Shown here: positions 60,060 to 64,000 of the stretch, piece by piece
Layout: every line of letters begins with the position of its first letter
Numbering within the stretch: the first letter of the stretch is position 1
Origin: an uncultured delta proteobacterium
Lineage (GTDB): Bacteria; Desulfobacterota; Binatia; Binatales; Binataceae
Reading direction: 5' to 3'
DNA: 64,000 nt
Assembly (NCBI GenBank): GCA_963765675.1
Contig: CAVXXK010000001.1
Location: forward strand, 1,760,001-1,824,000
Notes under the pieces: model-generated
The model's input: only the letters and a program-made list of their open reading frames with translations
The model's database searches: none
What the model was told of the DNA's origin: nothing
Program-made: the position numbers and the translations under genes

Positions 60060-62802
60060 TGAGTTACTTAATCAACGGCAAGACGTTTTCAGAAGAGCCG
60101 CGTCCGGGCCAATGCCTGCGCACCTTCCTGCGGGAGATGGGATGGTTCGGAGTCAAGAAAGGATGCGACGCCGGCGACTGCGGGGCATGCACGATATGGC
60201 TCGACGGCGTGCCGGTTCATAGCTGCCTCATCCCGGCGTTTCGCGCCGACGGAAAAAAAGTGACGACGATTGAAGGTCTCGCGCATGACGGCGAGCTGCA
60301 TCCGATGCAGAAGGCATTCATGGACGCGGCGGGTTTTCAGTGCGGATTCTGCACCGCCGGAATGATCATGACCGCCGCGAGCCTAAGCGACGAGGCGCGC
60401 AAGGATCTCCCGCGCGCGCTCAAGGGCAATCTCTGCCGATGCACCGGTTATCACGCGGTCGAGGACGCGATCGGCGGAATCAAATCAATTGCGGACGATC
60501 AGCCCGGCAAGTCGCTCGGCGCGGACCTGCTCGCGCCGGCGGCCGAGGGAATCGTCACCGGCAAGGAGCGCTACACGCTCGATGTCGCGGTCGAAGGAAT
60601 GTTGCATCTGAAGCTCTGCGATCGCCGCACGCGCACGCGCGAATCCGGTCGATTCGCCGTGAAGCGGCGCTGGCGGTTCCCGGAGTCACCGCGGTCTACA
60701 CGTTTGAGGATGTGCCGAAGCATCTGTACACGTCGGCGACTCACGACGATTACCACGTCGATCCGAGCGACACCGTCCTGCTCGACGACGTGGTGCGATT
60801 CGTTGGCCAGCGGGTTGCCGCCGTCGTAGCCGACACGGAAGGAGCGGCAGAGGAGGGATGCCGCCGGCTGGAGGTCGATTACGAGATTCTTCCGGCGGTG
60901 TTCGATCCGGAAGAGGCGATGCGGCCGGGCGCTCCGCTGCTTCATGAAAAAGCAGCGGAGCGGATTCTGAATCCGGCGCGAAATATCCTGCTGGAAATTC
61001 ATGGACAGGTCGGAGACGTCGAGAAAGGATTCGCCGCGGCCGACGTGATCCACGAGGGCACTTACTCGACTCATCGGGTCCAGCACGCGCATCTCGAGAC
61101 GCATTGTTCGATCACCTGGATCGACGAGAACCATCGGCTCAACGTCCGCACCAGCAGCCAGACTCCGCACATCACCAAGCAGAAGCTGTGCTTCATTTTC
61201 GATCTGCTTCCCGCGACGGTCAGGGTTTTTTGCGAGCGCGTGGGCGGCGGCTTTGGCGGCAAGCAGGAAGTTCTGACCGAAGATATCTGCGCGTTCGCAA
61301 CGCTCAAGACCGGCAAGCCGGTCAAGCTCGAGTTCACGCGCGAAGAGGAATTTATCGCGGCGACCACGCGCCATCCAATGAACGTGCATCTCAAGCTCGG
61401 CGCAAAGAGCGACGGAACTCTGACCGCGTTCCAGATGCGGGTCGTCTCAAACACCGGGGCGTACGGCAATCACGGCGGCGAGACGCTGTATGCGGCCTGC
61501 GGCGAGGCGGTTGCGGTGTACAACTGCCCGAACAAGAAAATCGACGGCTTCACCGTTTACACCAACATGGTTCCCGGCGGCGCGATCCGCGGTTACGGAA
61601 TGACGCAAACGATATTTGCGGTCGAATCCGCGATGGACGAGCTCGCTCGCGGCCTCAAGATGGATCCGTTCAAATTTCGGCGGATGAACGTCGTCAAGCC
61701 GGGCGATCAGATGATCTCCGACAGCACGCGGGCGACCGACACCGAGTTCGGCAGCTACGGACTCGACCAATGCCTCGACCAGGTCGAGGCCGCGCTGAAA
61801 CGCGGCAACAGCCACAAACCGCCCGAGGGCGGCGAGTGGCTGACAGGGCAGGGGATGGCAATCTCGATGCACGGCGCGGTTCCGCCGACGGAGCATCGCT
61901 CGGAGGCTCAGCTCGGACTCGGCGCCGACGGAAAATATCATCTCGCGATCGGCACCGCCGAGTTCGGCAACGGGACCACGACCGTGCATCGGCAGATCGT
62001 CGCCAGCGTCCTCGGCAGCACCGTGTCGCGGGTGGAAGTCGTGCAATCCGATACGGACAGAACCGGTTACGATACGGGAGCTTTCGCCAGCGCCGGGACC
62101 GTTGTCGCGGGAAACGCGGTGCGGCTTGCGGCAGAGGCTTTGCGCGATCGCCTGCTCGACTTTGCCTCGAAATACTATCGCGTGAGCCGCGACGCCTGCC
62201 GCCTCGAGCACGACGGGATTACCTACAGCGAGATCAAGGTGTCGTTCGCTGAGCTCTTCAAGGCTGCCGAAAAATCCGGACGCCAGTTGGAAGTGGTCCG
62301 CAAAGCCTACGGCACGCCGCGCAGCGTCACGTTCCAGGTGCAGGGCTTCCGGATCGCGGTCAATCGTATCACGGGAGAGATTGCGATCCTGCAGAGCGTT
62401 CACGGTGCGGACGGCGGCGTGATCATCAATCCGATGCAGTGCAGGGCGCAGGTCGAAGGCGCGATCGCGCAGGGGCTCGGATGGTCGCTGTCCGAGAAAA
62501 TGGTCTATGACCCGAGCGGGCGCATGATTAATCCAAGTTTCCGCAATTATCGGATTCCGGCGTACGCCGATAATCCGCGGCGCACCGAAATCTATTTCGC
62601 CGATACGCATGACGCCTTTGGACCACTGGGCGCCAAGTCGATGAGCGAGGCGCCGATTTATCCGATCGCGCCCGCTCTGGCCAACGCACTGACTAATGCA
62701 ACCGGGATTCGCTTTTATAGCTCGTCGCTGACGCCTGACCGAATCTACCGCCAAATCTTCGAGAGCGCGCAAAAGCAAGATGTGACCGGATCGGCGCGGT
62801 AG
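60060..62802 (+). CDS. Xanthine dehydrogenase family fused 2Fe-2S + molybdopterin subunit, frameshift near 60616
   Basis: GCDAGDCGAC, QCGFCT, NLCRCTGY, then in another frame RSPHAHA, VGGGFGGK, GAIRGYG, GAKSMSE. Confidence 0.88.
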
Positions 62803-62840
62803 TGCGATTTTCACAGCGCAGAGGCCGTTGCGTTGAACGG

Positions 62841-64000
62841 ATGATCGTCGATCGTCTGAGCATCGTAGCCGCGGCTCTGTTGCTGGGCCTCGTATGTCGG
62901 CCGCGAGCATATGGCGCCTCGAGCGGGCCGTCGCCTGTCGCGTCTCCACAGTCCTCCGCCGCACCCACCGCCGACATGATTCCGGCGATCAGCGCCAATC
63001 CGGCGGCGGTCGAAATCATTCCAGGGACGGGAGCGTTGGGCAGGCTGGCCGGCTTCACTCCCGAGTCAGGCGTCCGCATCGGCGGATTCTGGATCGGTAA
63101 CGTCGACTACCTGGCGACCGGCGGCGTGAAACCTACTTCGTGGAGCTGCAATAGTCTGTTAGTACTCAATCTGAATCTGAATGCCGAGAAGCTCATCGGA
63201 CTGCCGGGAGGGTCGTTTGATGCCTCATTGCTCCAGCTCAACGTCGAACCGGCCAACAAAAGAGCAGGCGCTGTCATCGGCTACGACGGACTCGTTGGGG
63301 CGACGCCGTTGGATCGCACGCAACTCTACGAGCTTTGGTGGCGCCAGCAGCTATTCGACGACAAAATAACTATTCGAGTCGGCAAAACCGTGCCGACCTC
63401 CGATTTCAACAACGTCAGTCGGCCAGTTCCGGTCTCCGATCAGAGTCTGGCTATTCCGGCGGTCACCAGTCTAATATTCACTTCAATATTCAAAAATCCG
63501 ACAATGATCGGCGCGTTGCCCGGATACTACAATTCAGCATATGGAATAACCGGCGACTTCGCTCCGACACGACACTTCTATCTCAGCGGTGCGATCTATG
63601 ATGGCTCCGGCGCGACCCGGGTTCAGACGGGCCTTCGCGATATCCCGGTCTTCAATGGCCATTATTTCATGATTGCCGAGACTGGCTATGCGTGGCTCTT
63701 CGGCGACGAACAGCTACCCGGGAAGATTGCCCTCGGAGGATGGACACAAACCGGCCGGCTCTACGGTCCGCACGCTGAGCAGCAGGGAGCGCAGGGAGCG
63801 TACGCCTTCGGTTCTCAGCGCCTATGGCGTCATCACGCGGACGTCGACAACAGCGGAGTCTCCGGCTATTTTCAATTTGGCTTCAACGATTCGCGCACGA
63901 TGCTCGCGACGCGCTATTTCGGTCTCGGCCTTACCGCGTTCAGTCTAATACTCCGGCGGCCGGCTGATTCGTTTGGAACCGGCCTCGCGTGGAGCTGGCT
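62841..64000 (+). CDS. OprB-family carbohydrate-selective porin, partial (runs off window)
   Basis: Manual translation from ATG 62841: signal peptide, ISANPAAV…GTGALGR, RTQLYELWWRQQLFDDKITIRVGKTVPTSDF. Confidence 0.75.
   Translation, partial: MIVDRLSIVAAALLLGLVCRPRAYGASSGPSPVASPQSSAAPTADMIPAISANPAAVEIIPGTGALGRLAGFTPESGVRIGGFWIGNVDYLATGGVKPTSWSCNSLLVLNLNLNAEKLIGLPGGSFDASLLQLNVEPANKRAGAVIGYDGLVGATPLDRTQLYELWWRQQLFDDKITIRVGKTVPTSDFNNVSRPVPVSDQSLAIPAVTSLIFTSIFKNPTMIGALPGYYNSAYGITGDFAPTRHFYLSGAIYDGSGATRVQTGLRDIPVFNGHYFMIAETGYAWLFGDEQLPGKIALGGWTQTGRLYGPHAEQQGAQGAYAFGSQRLWRHHADVDNSGVSGYFQFGFNDSRTMLATRYFGLGLTAFSLILRRPADSFGTGLAWSW

Overview
GC-rich bacterial chromosome segment, probably a soil Candidatus Binatota/Binataceae-type MAG (inferred from gene content and style, not proven). 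It holds about 55 CDS and one tRNA-Val(GAC). There is no CRISPR array, prophage or intact transposase. Housekeeping genes include thrS-infC-rpmI-rplT-pheS-pheT-ihfA-merR, lexA, hemW, murJ, hldE, tatA and thiL, alongside many CoA/redox enzymes. Six genes carry single-base frameshifts, probably long-read assembly errors. The most notable signals are: (1) a 267-bp MITE with terminal inverted repeats and a target duplication, inserted twice in opposite orientations next to the same REP-hairpin sequence, itself carrying a REP pair, with an empty site also in the window; (2) several other REP/BIME-like palindromic mosaics; (3) a luciferase-less luxE-luxC operon translationally coupled to a class III aminotransferase, a possible acid-to-aldehyde-to-amine pathway; (4) sigma-54 promoters ahead of a GH-like/GT2 fusion and opgC, with a globin-like-sensor kinase/NtrC pair divergent from the fusion; (5) a candidate direct-repeat LexA box; (6) several apparent pseudo-enzymes; (7) frequent HIP1-like GCGATCGC octamers.
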